A stretch of DNA of 45,360 nucleotides from Actinomycetes bacterium (lineage in GTDB: Bacteria; Actinomycetota; Actinomycetes; JAJZTN01), in NCBI GenBank assembly GCA_021848885.1, contig JAJZTN010000003.1, positions 1 to 45,360 of the forward strand. The letters run 5' to 3'. The notes under the pieces were generated by a model, which did no database searches, was not told the origin of the DNA, and saw only the letters and a program-made list of their open reading frames with translations. Positions within the stretch are counted from its first letter, which is position 1; every line of letters starts with the position of its first letter. A program made the translations under genes and the position numbers. Below are positions 20,750 to 30,719 of the stretch, one piece after another.

Positions 20750-22023
20750 GCTCGACTGCTGCCGAGGGTGCCAAGCCCGCGCTCGGGGGTTCCACGACCC
20801 GCCGGGGCAGTGCCGGCCGCTCCGGTGGCGCTGGCGCCCGGAGCGGTCTGGCGCTGCTCGAGCACCCGCTGACCTCCTACTACCTCATCGTCGGCGCGAG
20901 CGGGCTGCTGCTCACCCTGGGTCTGGTGATGGTGCTGTCGGCCTCCAGCGTCGAGTCCTACGTGCAGAGCGGGTCGTCCTTCACGATCTTCCAGAAGCAG
21001 GCGCTGTGGGTGTCCTTGGGACTGCCGTTGATGGTGGTGGCATCCCGCCTGCCGGTGCGCGCGTTCCGGCTCTTCGCGTGGCCGCTGCTGGTCGGATCCG
21101 TTGGCCTGCTGGCTCTGGTCCCGCTCGTCGGTGTGACGGTCAACGGCAACCGCAACTGGATCCCGCTGCCCGCCGGCGTCGCGCTGCAGCCCTCCGAGAT
21201 CGCCAAGCTCGGTCTCGTGGTGTGGAGCGCGGACCTGCTGGCCCGCAAGCACCGGACGCTGGGGCAGTGGAAGCACCTGCTCGTCCCGCTGGTGCCCGTC
21301 GCCATGCTGGTCATCGGCTTGGTGCTGGCCGGTGACGACCTGGGCACGGCCATGATCCTCATGGCCATCGTCGCGGCGCTGCTGTTCCTGGTCGGCACCC
21401 CGGCGCGGCTTTTCGTCGCCTCGACGGCATTGGCGGCGGTGGCGGTCGCGGCCTTGGTCCTGACCAGCCCCAACCGGATCCAGCGGATCTCCAACTGGCT
21501 CAGCCCCGGGCAGGACTACCTCGGCACCGGCTGGCAGGTCACCCATGGCAAGTACGCCCTGGCAACCGGGGGTTGGTGGGGGCTGGGCCTGGGGGCCAGC
21601 CGGCAGAAGTGGGGTGCGCTGCCGGAGGCGCACACCGACTTCATCTTTGCCATCATCGGGGAGGAGCTCGGCCTGGTGGGCACGATCACGGTGCTGCTGC
21701 TGTTCGCGGCACTGGCCTATGGCGGCTTCCGGGTGGCGTTGCGTTCCAGCGACCTGTTCGTGCGGCTGGCCGCTGGCGGGGTCACCGCCTGGGTGCTCAT
21801 CCAGCTGGTGATCAACGTCGGGGCTGTGCTCGGGCTGCTGCCGATCGTCGGCGTGCCGCTGCCGCTGGTCTCCTACGGTGGGTCCTCGCTGGTCACCATG
21901 ATGGTCTCGCTGGGCATGCTGCTGGCCCTGGCCCGCGCCGAACCCTCCGCCGCGGCGGCGCTGCGCGCCCGGGCGCCCCTGCGTGAGCGGCTGCGGAGGT
22001 TGCGGCGCGAGGGCGGTCGGTAA
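20746..22023 (+). CDS. ftsW: SEDS peptidoglycan polymerase FtsW
   Basis: GLVMVLSAS, QPSEIAK, DLGT, LPEAHTDFIFAIIGEELG, PLVSYGGSS. Confidence 0.96.
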   Translation: MSSTAAEGAKPALGGSTTRRGSAGRSGGAGARSGLALLEHPLTSYYLIVGASGLLLTLGLVMVLSASSVESYVQSGSSFTIFQKQALWVSLGLPLMVVASRLPVRAFRLFAWPLLVGSVGLLALVPLVGVTVNGNRNWIPLPAGVALQPSEIAKLGLVVWSADLLARKHRTLGQWKHLLVPLVPVAMLVIGLVLAGDDLGTAMILMAIVAALLFLVGTPARLFVASTALAAVAVAALVLTSPNRIQRISNWLSPGQDYLGTGWQVTHGKYALATGGWWGLGLGASRQKWGALPEAHTDFIFAIIGEELGLVGTITVLLLFAALAYGGFRVALRSSDLFVRLAAGGVTAWVLIQLVINVGAVLGLLPIVGVPLPLVSYGGSSLVTMMVSLGMLLALARAEPSAAAALRARAPLRERLRRLRREGGR

Positions 22024-22026
22024 CCG

Positions 22027-23136
22027 GTGCGGGTGCTGCTCGCCGGTGGGGGGACGACCGGGCACGTCGCACCCCTGCTGGCCACCGCCGACGCGTTGGC
22101 GCGTCGGGATCCGCGCGGCTCGCTGCTGGTGCTGGGCACCGCCGAGGGGTTGGAGAGCCGGCTGGTCCCCCAGCGCGGCTACCGGCTCGCCCTGGTGCCC
22201 AGGGTGCCGTTGCCGCGTCGGGTCGGTTTCGAGCTGGCCAGGGTGCCGGCCCGGCTGGTCGCAGCCGTGCGGGCAGCCGAGGCGGCCATCGACGAGGTCG
22301 GGGCCGATGTCGTGGTCGGCTTCGGTGGCTACGTCGCCGCCCCGGCGTACCTGGCCGCCCGCCGCCGGCGTGTCCCCATCGTGGTGCACGAGCAGAACGC
22401 GTTGCCCGGGCTGGCCAACCGGCTCGGTGCCCGGCTGGCAGCGGTCGTCGCGGTGACCTTCCCGGCGACTGCGTTGCGCGGCGCCCGCCGCGTCGGCATG
22501 CCGCTGCGCCGTGAGATCGCCACGCTGGACCGCGCCGCCGAGCAGGTGCCCGCCCGGTTGAGGCTAGGACTTGAGCCAGGGCGGCGCACGCTCTTCGTCA
22601 CCGGCGGGTCCCTGGGGGCCCAGCACATCAATGAGGTGCTCGGCGCCTGCGCGGCGGCGTTCGCCGCCGCCGGGGTGCAGGTGCTGCACATGAGCGGTCA
22701 GGGCAAGACCGTGCCGGGGGCCTCGAGCGCGCCGGCACGGCCGGGCGAGCCCGCCTACCGGGTGCTCGACTACGTCGGGGAGATCGCGGACGCCTACGCT
22801 GCCGCGGACCTCATGGTGTGCCGCGCGGGGGCATCCACCGTCAGCGAGGCGACCGCGGTCGGGCTGCCGGCCGTCTACGTGCCGCTGCCGGTCGGCAACG
22901 GCGAGCAGCAGCGCAACGCCGAGCCGGTGGCCGCCGCCGGGGGAGGGCTGATGGTGCCCGACGCCGCGCTCACCCCCGACTGGGTGCTCGACAACGTGCT
23001 GGGACTGCTGGCTGATTCTGACCGCCTGGCCCGGATGGGCGCCGCGGCCGCCCGGCTCGGGGTGCGCGACGCCGACGACCGGCTCGCCGAGCTGATCGAG
23101 CAGGCCGCGCGGGGCGGGGTGGGGGGCAGGTCGTGA
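22027..23136 (+). CDS. murG: Lipid II GlcNAc transferase MurG
   Basis: AGGGTTGHV, GFGGYV, HEQN, GGSLGA, CRAGAST, GEQQRNA. Confidence 0.96.
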   Translation: MRVLLAGGGTTGHVAPLLATADALARRDPRGSLLVLGTAEGLESRLVPQRGYRLALVPRVPLPRRVGFELARVPARLVAAVRAAEAAIDEVGADVVVGFGGYVAAPAYLAARRRRVPIVVHEQNALPGLANRLGARLAAVVAVTFPATALRGARRVGMPLRREIATLDRAAEQVPARLRLGLEPGRRTLFVTGGSLGAQHINEVLGACAAAFAAAGVQVLHMSGQGKTVPGASSAPARPGEPAYRVLDYVGEIADAYAAADLMVCRAGASTVSEATAVGLPAVYVPLPVGNGEQQRNAEPVAAAGGGLMVPDAALTPDWVLDNVLGLLADSDRLARMGAAAARLGVRDADDRLAELIEQAARGGVGGRS

Positions 23137-24554
23137 GCCTGGTCCAGCTTCCCGACGAGGTCATCGCCCCGGAGCGGCTCGGTGCCGTGCACCTGGTGGG
23201 GGTTGGCGGGGCGGGCATGTCGGGCATCGCCCGGATCCTGCTGGCTCGCGGCTTCACCGTCAGCGGCAGCGACGCCAAGGACTCCCGGGTGCTGGCCGCG
23301 CTGCGCGCCCTGGGGGCCCGCATCAGCGTCGGGCACGACGCCGCCAACCTCTCCGGCGCGGACACCGTCGTGGTCTCCACCGCCATCCGGGCCAGCAACC
23401 CCGAGCTGGCCGGGGCGCACCGGCTCGGTCTGCTGGTGCTGCCCCGGGCGGCCGCGCTGGCCAGTCTCATGGTGGGTCGCCGGGCGATCGCCGTGGCCGG
23501 CACGCACGGCAAGACCACGACGACCTCGATGCTGACCGTGGCCCTGCAGCACGCCGGCCTGGACCCCTCCTTCGCGATAGGCGGGGAACTCAACGAGTCC
23601 GGGGCCAACGCCCATGACGGCACCGGGGATCTGTTCGTCGCCGAGGCGGACGAGAGTGACGGCTCCTTCCTGGCCTACCGCCCGGCCGGGGCGGTGGTGA
23701 CCAACGTGGAGGCCGACCACCTGGACGCCTATGGCACCGTGGAGGCCTACCGGGCCGGTTTCGACAGCTTCGTGCGCAGGATCGCCCCGACCGGGTTCCT
23801 CGTCAGCTGTGCGGACGACCCGGGGGCACGGTGGGTGGCGCAGACGGCCGGGCGGGCCGGGCTACGGGTGCTCAGCTACGGGCAGGCCGAGGACGCCGAC
23901 ATCCGGCTCGAGCAGATGTACGCCGACCCGGCCGGGGCGGGGGCCACCGTGGTCGGCCGGGGTCGCCGTCTCGGTGCGCTGCAGCTGAGAGTGCCCGGCC
24001 GGCACAACGTGCTCAACGCCGCGGCCGCTTTGGCCGCAGGGCTGGAGCTCGGCATCGGTTTCGCCACGATGCGTGAGGGGCTGGCCGGCTTCAGCGGCAC
24101 CCGGCGGCGGATGGAGCTCAAGGGCGAGGCCGGCGGGGTGCGGGTGATCGACAGCTACGCGCACCACCCGACCGAGCTGACCGCGGACCTTCGCGCGGCC
24201 CGCGAGATCAGCGGGTCCGGCCGGCTCGTGGTCGCCTTCCAGCCACACCTTTTCAGCCGGACCCGGCTCTTCGCCACCGAGTTCGGGGTCGCGCTCGGCC
24301 TGGCCGACGAGGTGGTGGTGATGGAGGTCTACGGCGCGCGCGAGGATCCCGAGCCCGGGGTGTCGGGTGCGCTGGTGGCCGCGGCCGTGCCGCTGCCGGC
24401 CGGCCGGGTGGTCTTCGAGCCGTCATGGTCGGCGGTGCCAGGACGGCTGGCTGAACGCGCCAGGCCCGGTGACCTCGTGCTGACCCTGGGGGCCGGTGAC
24501 GTCACGATGATCGGCCCCCAGGTGCTCGCCCTGCTCGCCGGGGAGTCGCGGTGA
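23133..24554 (+). CDS. murC: UDP-MurNAc--L-Ala ligase
   Basis: GVGGAGMSG, GTHGKTTT, EADESDGSF, YAHHPTE, FQPH, LGAGDV. Confidence 0.96.
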   Translation: MSLVQLPDEVIAPERLGAVHLVGVGGAGMSGIARILLARGFTVSGSDAKDSRVLAALRALGARISVGHDAANLSGADTVVVSTAIRASNPELAGAHRLGLLVLPRAAALASLMVGRRAIAVAGTHGKTTTTSMLTVALQHAGLDPSFAIGGELNESGANAHDGTGDLFVAEADESDGSFLAYRPAGAVVTNVEADHLDAYGTVEAYRAGFDSFVRRIAPTGFLVSCADDPGARWVAQTAGRAGLRVLSYGQAEDADIRLEQMYADPAGAGATVVGRGRRLGALQLRVPGRHNVLNAAAALAAGLELGIGFATMREGLAGFSGTRRRMELKGEAGGVRVIDSYAHHPTELTADLRAAREISGSGRLVVAFQPHLFSRTRLFATEFGVALGLADEVVVMEVYGAREDPEPGVSGALVAAAVPLPAGRVVFEPSWSAVPGRLAERARPGDLVLTLGAGDVTMIGPQVLALLAGESR

Positions 24555-25330
24555 GCAGGCGGGTCGGGCCCACTGCGGCGACCGGCCCTGCGGTGGCGGG
24601 CGCCCGGACCGTCTCGCCCACCTCGGCGCGTCGCTTCGCTCGGCGGGCCCGGGCGCGCCGCTGGCGCAGTGTGCGCCCGGTCGTCCCGCTGGCCGCGGGA
24701 GTCGCCACGGTGGTCGCGCTGGTCTGGCTGCTGTGGTTCTCACCGCTGCTCGCGGTGCGCTCGGTCGCGGTCACCGGTGCCACGCCGGCGCAGGCCAGCG
24801 CGGTTCGCCAGGCGGTGCGATCGGCGATGGGTGTGCCCATGCTCCGACTCGACACCGCGGCGCTGCGGGAGGCGGTGCAGTCCCTGCCGGGGGTGGCGGC
24901 CGCGACGGTCAGCCGGCGTTGGCCGGCAACCCTGGCGGTGGCTCTTGACCCGCGTCGTGCGGTCGCGGTGATCATCGACGGCTCGTCGTACTTGCTGGTC
25001 TCCTCCGACGGCGTGGCCTTCGCCACCACCTCGCGCCGCCCGGCAGCCCTGCCGGTGCTCGCCGGCATCGGGACCGAGCGCAGCGCCAGGCTGGCGGCCG
25101 CGGCCGCCGTGGCCGCCGCGCTCCCACCGGCGCTGGCCAGCCAGGTGCTGGCCATATCGGCCGCCAGCCCCGATGCCGTGCAGCTCAGGCTGACCGGGCG
25201 CCGCTCGGTGGTGTGGGGCGATGCCTCCGACAGCGCGGAGAAGGTTGCCGTGCTCGACGTGCTCATGGCCCACCAGCGGGCCCGCATCTACGACGTGTCC
25301 GCGCCAGCGGCCCCCACCACCCAGCAGTGA
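24551..25330 (+). CDS. ftsQ: Cell division protein FtsQ
   Basis: TM + POTRA-like region, RRWP, VVWG, YDVSAP; directly before ftsZ. Confidence 0.9.
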   Translation: MSRRVGPTAATGPAVAGARTVSPTSARRFARRARARRWRSVRPVVPLAAGVATVVALVWLLWFSPLLAVRSVAVTGATPAQASAVRQAVRSAMGVPMLRLDTAALREAVQSLPGVAAATVSRRWPATLAVALDPRRAVAVIIDGSSYLLVSSDGVAFATTSRRPAALPVLAGIGTERSARLAAAAAVAAALPPALASQVLAISAASPDAVQLRLTGRRSVVWGDASDSAEKVAVLDVLMAHQRARIYDVSAPAAPTTQQ

Positions 25331-25360
25331 CGCGACCGGGCAGGGAGGGGTCGAGCAGCG

Positions 25361-25471
25361 CGACACGCCGAGGACCTTCGGCGCGTCGTTGACCCCTCCG
25401 CGGTCAGCCCCTACTGTTCCGGAAACCTCGAGGTTGACATAACTTTAAGGGTCTACTTGAGGCTGAGGGTT
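25361..25471 (+). promoter_or_regulatory. ftsZ promoter region with a GACAC inverted repeat and an FtsR-like box
   Basis: CGACACGCCG-N8-CGGCGCGTCG; TTGACC-N17-TACTGT; TTGACA at 25434 followed by AT-rich AACTTTAAGGGTCTACTTGAGGCTGAGGGTT. Confidence 0.6.
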
Positions 25472-25559
25472 GGTTTCGACCGATCTTCTCGGTGTCCTCC
25501 GGGTCTACCGGCGGTGGGCACTGCGGTCATGGCACGGCGAGCAGAACGGGCAGGCGACA

Positions 25560-26762
25560 GTGGCAGCACCTCAGAACTACCTCGCGGTCATCAAGGTGGT
25601 GGGCATCGGGGGCGGCGGGGTCAACGCCGTCAACCGGATGATCGAAGTTGGCCTCAAGGGGGTCGAGTTCATCGCCATCAACACCGACGCCCAGGCCCTG
25701 CTGATGAGTGACGCCGACGTCAAGCTCGACGTCGGCCGAGAGCTCACCCGCGGGCTTGGCGCCGGAGCCGACCCGGAGGTCGGCCGCCGGGCCGCGGAGG
25801 ATCACTCCGAGGAGATCGAGGAGGTGCTCAAGGGCGCCGACATGGTCTTCGTGACCGCGGGTGAAGGTGGCGGCACCGGCACCGGTGGCGCCCCGGTGGT
25901 GGCGAAGATCGCTCGCGGTCTCGGGGCGTTGACCATCGGCGTGGTGACGCGCCCGTTCACCTTCGAGGGGCGTCGGCGCGCCGTTCAGGCCGAGACCGGC
26001 ATCGACTCGCTGCGCGAGGAGGTCGACACCCTGATCGTGATCCCCAACGACCGGTTGCTCTCGATAAGCGACCAGAAGATCTCGGTGCTCGACGCCTTCC
26101 GCTCAGCCGACCAGGTGCTGCTGCAGGGCGTCTCCGGGATCACCGACCTGATCACCACACCAGGGCTGATCAACCTGGACTTCGCCGACGTCAAGTCGGT
26201 CATGCAGGGCGCCGGCTCGGCTCTCATGGGCATCGGCTCGGCCCGCGGGGAGTCCCGTGCCGTTGACGCCGCGCAGATGGCCATCTCCTCGCCACTGCTG
26301 GAAGCCTCCATCGACGGGGCGCACGGGGTGCTGCTGTCCATCGCCGGGGGGTCTGACCTCGGGCTGTTCGAGATCAACGAGGCCGCCCATCTGGTCGCCG
26401 CCGCGGCGCACGACGAGGCCAACATCATCTTCGGCGCGGTCATCGACGACGCGCTCGGCGACGAGGTCCGGGTCACCGTCATCGCCGCTGGGTTCGACCC
26501 CGCCGGCAAGCCGCGCCCGAGCGCGGCAAGCGGCCGACCGGCCGCCGCCTCCACCGCGGGGGCACCCGTGCCCGCCGGTGCGGCCTCGGCGGCTGCAGCC
26601 GCGGCCGCACCGATCAACGTCGACTCGGCCAACCTGGCGGGGACCTCCGCCCCGGCCACTGCGGACCCCGCGGGCCGCCCCGAGCCGGTCCGGCCGCCCC
26701 GTGACCGCAAGGTGATCTTCGATGACACCGATGACCTCGACGTGCCGGACTTCCTCAAGTAG
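25560..26762 (+). CDS. ftsZ: Cell division GTPase FtsZ
   Basis: [30 protein letters not shown]-terminal DLDVPDFLK. Confidence 0.99.
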   Translation: MAAPQNYLAVIKVVGIGGGGVNAVNRMIEVGLKGVEFIAINTDAQALLMSDADVKLDVGRELTRGLGAGADPEVGRRAAEDHSEEIEEVLKGADMVFVTAGEGGGTGTGGAPVVAKIARGLGALTIGVVTRPFTFEGRRRAVQAETGIDSLREEVDTLIVIPNDRLLSISDQKISVLDAFRSADQVLLQGVSGITDLITTPGLINLDFADVKSVMQGAGSALMGIGSARGESRAVDAAQMAISSPLLEASIDGAHGVLLSIAGGSDLGLFEINEAAHLVAAAAHDEANIIFGAVIDDALGDEVRVTVIAAGFDPAGKPRPSAASGRPAAASTAGAPVPAGAASAAAAAAAPINVDSANLAGTSAPATADPAGRPEPVRPPRDRKVIFDDTDDLDVPDFLK

Positions 26763-27482
26763 GTGTTCGTCTGGCGCGAGCAGATCGGCACGGTGAACCT
26801 GGCGGTCACCGACCGAGACGGCGGGGTGAGCAGCGGAGCCTGGGGCTCGCTCAACCTGGCCGCCCACGTCGGCGACGACCCGGACGCGGTCGCCCACAAC
26901 CGTCGGCGGCTTGGCCAGGCCATCGGGCTGGGCCCGGACAGGCTGGTCTTCATGAGCCAGGTGCACGGCGCCGGGGTGGCCGTCGTGGAGGGGCCGTGGG
27001 ACGCCGAGCCCCCCGAGGTCGACGCCCTGGTCACCGCGACCCCGGGACTGGCCCTGGCCGTGCTGGTCGCCGACTGCACCCCCGTGCTGCTGGCAGACCC
27101 GCAGGCCGGGGTGCTCGGTGTGGCCCACGCCGGTCGGCCCGGACTGGCCGCCGGCGTGGTCACGGCCGCCGTCGACGCCATGGCCGCCCTCGGCGCGAGC
27201 CGGGTGCGCGCCTGGGTCGGCCCGTCCATCTGCCCGGCCTGCTACGAGGTGCCCGAGTCGATGCGGGCCGAGGTCGCCGCGCTCGTCCCGCAGGCATGGG
27301 CGCTGTCCCGGACCGGCACCGCTGCCCTGGACATCGCCGCCGGGGTGCGCGCGCAGCTGGCCGGGCGGGTCGAGCAGGTCGAGCAGCTGCCTGGCTGCAG
27401 CCGCGAGGAGCCCCGGTTGTTCTCCTACCGTCGCGACCGGGTGACCGGGCGTTTCGCCGGGCTCCTCTGGCGATCGGCGTGA
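26763..27482 (+). CDS. pgeF: Peptidoglycan editing factor PgeF (YfiH)
   Basis: LNLAAHVGD, QVHG, ADCTPV, AHAGR, GPSIC, FSYRR. Confidence 0.93.
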   Translation: MFVWREQIGTVNLAVTDRDGGVSSGAWGSLNLAAHVGDDPDAVAHNRRRLGQAIGLGPDRLVFMSQVHGAGVAVVEGPWDAEPPEVDALVTATPGLALAVLVADCTPVLLADPQAGVLGVAHAGRPGLAAGVVTAAVDAMAALGASRVRAWVGPSICPACYEVPESMRAEVAALVPQAWALSRTGTAALDIAAGVRAQLAGRVEQVEQLPGCSREEPRLFSYRRDRVTGRFAGLLWRSA

Positions 27483-28174
27483 GCGAGCGGGGCGAGGAGC
27501 TGGCCCGGCGGCTGGCTGAGGTGCGGGCTCGGATCGAAAGGGCAGCCTGCTCGGTCGGGCGCGACCCGGCGGGGATCACCCTCATCGTGGTGAGCAAGAC
27601 GTGGCCGGCCAGCGACGTACGGCTGCTGGCAGGACTGGGGGTCACCGACGTGGGGGAGAACCGCGACCAGGAGGCCGCGGCCAAGCATGTGGCCTGTGCC
27701 GACCTGGGGCTGCGCTGGCACTTCGTCGGTCAGCTGCAGACCAACAAGGCCCGCTCGGTGGCCCAGTACGCCGATGTCGTGCACGCGGTGGACAGGACCC
27801 GACTGGTCGAGGCACTCCAACGGGGCGCGGCGGCGGCGCGGCGGCGGGTCCGCTGCCTGGTGCAGGTCGACCTGTCCGGCCAGCCCGGCCGGGCAGGCGT
27901 GGCACCCGGGCAGGTGCTGGCGCTGGCGCGGGAGGTGGCCGGTCGTGCCAGCCTGGAGCTTGGCGGGCTGATGGCGGTGGCTCCGCTGGGTGCCGACCCG
28001 GCACCGGCGTTCGCCCGGCTTGCCGAGCTGGCCGAGCAGGTGCGGGCCGAGCACCCCGGGGCCGCGGACATCTCGGCCGGGATGAGCGGGGACCTTGAGG
28101 CGGCTGTGGCTGCCGGTGCGACACACCTGCGGGTGGGCACCGCAGTGCTCGGCGCCCGCCCCCGGGTCGGGTAA
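27479..28174 (+). CDS. yggS: YggS/PLPBP pyridoxal phosphate-binding protein
   Basis: [34 protein letters not shown]. Confidence 0.94.
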   Translation: MSERGEELARRLAEVRARIERAACSVGRDPAGITLIVVSKTWPASDVRLLAGLGVTDVGENRDQEAAAKHVACADLGLRWHFVGQLQTNKARSVAQYADVVHAVDRTRLVEALQRGAAAARRRVRCLVQVDLSGQPGRAGVAPGQVLALAREVAGRASLELGGLMAVAPLGADPAPAFARLAELAEQVRAEHPGAADISAGMSGDLEAAVAAGATHLRVGTAVLGARPRVG

Positions 28175-28250
28175 CGTCACCGCTGACGACCTCGACACGT
28201 TCGAGGTGTCGCAACAGATCCGTCCGCGAACGACCGGAGGGCGCAGGGTC

Positions 28251-28790
28251 ATGGCCGGCGCGATGCGCAAGATGGCGGTCTACCTCGGCCTGGTCGAGGA
28301 CGAGGACCGATACGAGGAGTACGACGACTACGAGGACTACGCCGAGGCTCCGGTGGAGTCGGGGCGAGACGAGCGCACCCGTGAGGCTCGAGCGGAGGCG
28401 CAGCAGACCCGGGTGATGCCCGCCGCGCGTGAGGCTCGTGAGGGGCGCGGCACGGTCACCACCATGCCGTCGGCTGAGCGACGCCCCGCGCCGGGCCACA
28501 CCGGGATGGACGCCTACCGGATCACCACGATCCACCCGCGCACCTACAACGAGGCCAAGCAGATCGGCGAGGCCTTCCGTGAGGGCACTCCGGTCATCAT
28601 GAACCTCACCGACATGGACGACGCCGACGCCAAGCGCCTGGTGGACTTCTCGGCAGGGCTGGTGTTCGGGCTGCGTGGCAGCATCGAGCGGGTGACCAAC
28701 AAGGTGTTCCTGCTCTCGCCGGCCAATGTCGAGGTCACCGCCGAGGACAAGCGGCGCATGGTGGAGAGCGGCTTCTTCAACCAGAGCTGA
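28251..28790 (+). CDS. sepF: Cell division protein SepF
   Basis: [40 protein letters not shown]; GGAGG RBS. Confidence 0.97.
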   Translation: MAGAMRKMAVYLGLVEDEDRYEEYDDYEDYAEAPVESGRDERTREARAEAQQTRVMPAAREAREGRGTVTTMPSAERRPAPGHTGMDAYRITTIHPRTYNEAKQIGEAFREGTPVIMNLTDMDDADAKRLVDFSAGLVFGLRGSIERVTNKVFLLSPANVEVTAEDKRRMVESGFFNQS

Positions 28791-28794
28791 CCCC

Positions 28795-29079
28795 GTGCAC
28801 ACCGTTGCGAGCGTGCTCGTCACCCTGCTGTGGCTCTACTTCGTCGTCCTGGTCATCCGGCTGGTCTTCGACTATGTCCAGCTCTTCGCCAGGTCATGGC
28901 GACCGCGAGGGGTGGTGCTGGTGCTCGCCGAGGCCGTCTACACCCTCACCGACCCGCCGCTGCGGCTGCTGCGCCGGGTGCTGCCACCCCTGCGCCTCGG
29001 ACAGGTCGCCATCGACCTGTCCTTCCTCGTGCTGGTGATCGGCATCCAGCTGCTCATCACCGTGTTGGGGAGGGTCTAG
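28795..29079 (+). CDS. yggT: YggT family membrane protein (SepG/YlmG)
   Basis: YTLTDPPL, PPLRLGQVAIDLSF; between sepF and divIVA. Confidence 0.92.
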   Translation: MHTVASVLVTLLWLYFVVLVIRLVFDYVQLFARSWRPRGVVLVLAEAVYTLTDPPLRLLRRVLPPLRLGQVAIDLSFLVLVIGIQLLITVLGRV

Positions 29080-29243
29080 CTGGATCACCCGATCGGAGGG
29101 GGATAGTGACGCGCCGTGCCGATCCCGACGCGGTCCGCAAGCCGAGCCGGGCTGGGCTGTACCGTTCCTGACGAGAAGTACCCGAAGACTTCCGTCGGCG
29201 TCTGCGGGGTGACCCGCGCGCCGGCCCTGCCCCGAGGTGGACC

Positions 29244-29987
29244 ATGACGCTGACTCCCGAGGACGTGGCCAACAAGCAGTTCTCCTCCGTCCGGCTGCGC
29301 GAGGGCTACGACATGGAGGAGGTTGACCAGTTCCTCGACGAGGTCGAGCAGGAGCTGGCCCGACTGCTGCGCGAGAACGATGACCTTCGCGGCCGGCTGG
29401 CCGCGGCCGAGCGGGCGGTCTCGGAGTCCGAGCGAAAGGTCTCCGAGGCCGAGGGCCGTGCGATCGAGGCCGAGCGTCGAGCGGTCCAGGCCGAGCGTCA
29501 GGTCGCCGAGGTCGCGATGGAGGCCCCGCCTCTGCAGGCACCCATGGAGGCCACCGCGGAGCCGATGGCCGTGCCTGAGCCGCAGCCGTTGGCGGTGCCC
29601 GAGCCGCAGCCGTTGGCCGTGCCCGAGCCGGTCGCGACGGGGGAGACGGTTCGTCCCACCGAGGCTGCCGCCGGCATCCTGGCGTTGGCTCAGCGCACCG
29701 CCGAGGAGTACGTCAACGAGGCGCGCGCCGAGGCCGACCGGATGCTGGGTGAGGCCCGTACGCGTGCCGAGGAGATCACCCGCGAGGCAGAGGAGACCCG
29801 GCGCTCGACCATCGGGTCACTGGAGCGCGAGAAGTCCGAGATCGAGGGCAAGATCGCCGAGCTGAAGACCTTCGAGCGGGAGTACCGCAGCAGGCTGCGC
29901 TCCTACCTGGAGGGGCAGCTGCGCGAGCTCGACGAGCAGTCCGGGGGTCTGGGATCCGCGCCCGCCGCGGGAGACGTCCAGGGCTGA
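29244..29987 (+). CDS. divIVA: DivIVA/Wag31 polar growth protein
   Basis: LTPEDVANKQF, GYDMEEVDQFLD, LALAQRTA, FEREYRSRL. Confidence 0.97.
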   Translation: MTLTPEDVANKQFSSVRLREGYDMEEVDQFLDEVEQELARLLRENDDLRGRLAAAERAVSESERKVSEAEGRAIEAERRAVQAERQVAEVAMEAPPLQAPMEATAEPMAVPEPQPLAVPEPQPLAVPEPVATGETVRPTEAAAGILALAQRTAEEYVNEARAEADRMLGEARTRAEEITREAEETRRSTIGSLEREKSEIEGKIAELKTFEREYRSRLRSYLEGQLRELDEQSGGLGSAPAAGDVQG

Positions 29988-30089
29988 GCTGGGGCAGACC
30001 CGCTGGTGGGGGTGACCTCATCGGCCGGGCTGGGGCAGGCTGGGGCACTGGGCACGCGCAGCCCACGGATGCTCAGTGCGCTCGGATGT

Positions 30090-30569
30090 TCAGTGCGCGA
30101 TGAGGCTCGGGTGGTTGTGGAAGAACGGGTCGACCGGTGGTGCGCTCGGCGCGCTGATCCGCATCGGGTCCAGGTGGATGTCGACCAGGTCGAGGACCGT
30201 GCGCGCCACATCGGCCGGGGTGATGCCCACGGTGCGCCCCTCGACGGTGACCACGGCCCGCGGGATGCTGGACTGCCCGCGCATCGGGCGGTCCACCATG
30301 AGGTCGACAGCACCGAGCAGCCGGGCCGATCCCGGGGAGTCACCGTTCCACGGGCGGTCCCACCACTGCAGAGTCGAGGGGGTGGCGACGAAGCGGCCGC
30401 CGCGGCGCACGTCGTGGGCTGCGACCGCCTCCCACAGCCGCTGCACGTCGAGGGCCTCGAGCACGACCTCAGGATTGATGCGACTCACCAGCGCCGGCAC
30501 GGCCACCGCCTGGTGGACGATATGCACGGAGGGGTCATGTGACCCCCACGGAACCAGTGGTAGCGGCAC
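30090..30569 (-). CDS. Hypothetical protein, 159 aa
   Basis: GGAGG 5 nt before GTG 30569; balanced composition with Trp motif LQWWDRPW; fills the gap after divIVA. Confidence 0.65.
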   Translation of the reverse strand: MPLPLVPWGSHDPSVHIVHQAVAVPALVSRINPEVVLEALDVQRLWEAVAAHDVRRGGRFVATPSTLQWWDRPWNGDSPGSARLLGAVDLMVDRPMRGQSSIPRAVVTVEGRTVGITPADVARTVLDLVDIHLDPMRISAPSAPPVDPFFHNHPSLIAH

Positions 30570-30719
30570 CGGACCTCCCGTGCTCGCTGGGCACCATGGG
30601 TGCGGTTCACAGGGGTGCAGGAATGCCCCCCTGTGACAAGGAAAGCGTGATGATCGGTTTCCTACGACGGCCATCCGGGTGAGTCTGGGCCCAGCCACGT
30701 AACGGAACGAGAGGTTGAG

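Noticed and set aside
28189-28204. GTTCGA as a LexA/SOS box
   Set aside because: Only the right half-site matches; TCGAAC is not at the 4-nt spacing
30006-30636. Plus-strand ORFs 30006-30542 and 30076-30636
   Set aside because: Antisense to the better-supported minus-strand gene, which has an RBS and more protein-like composition
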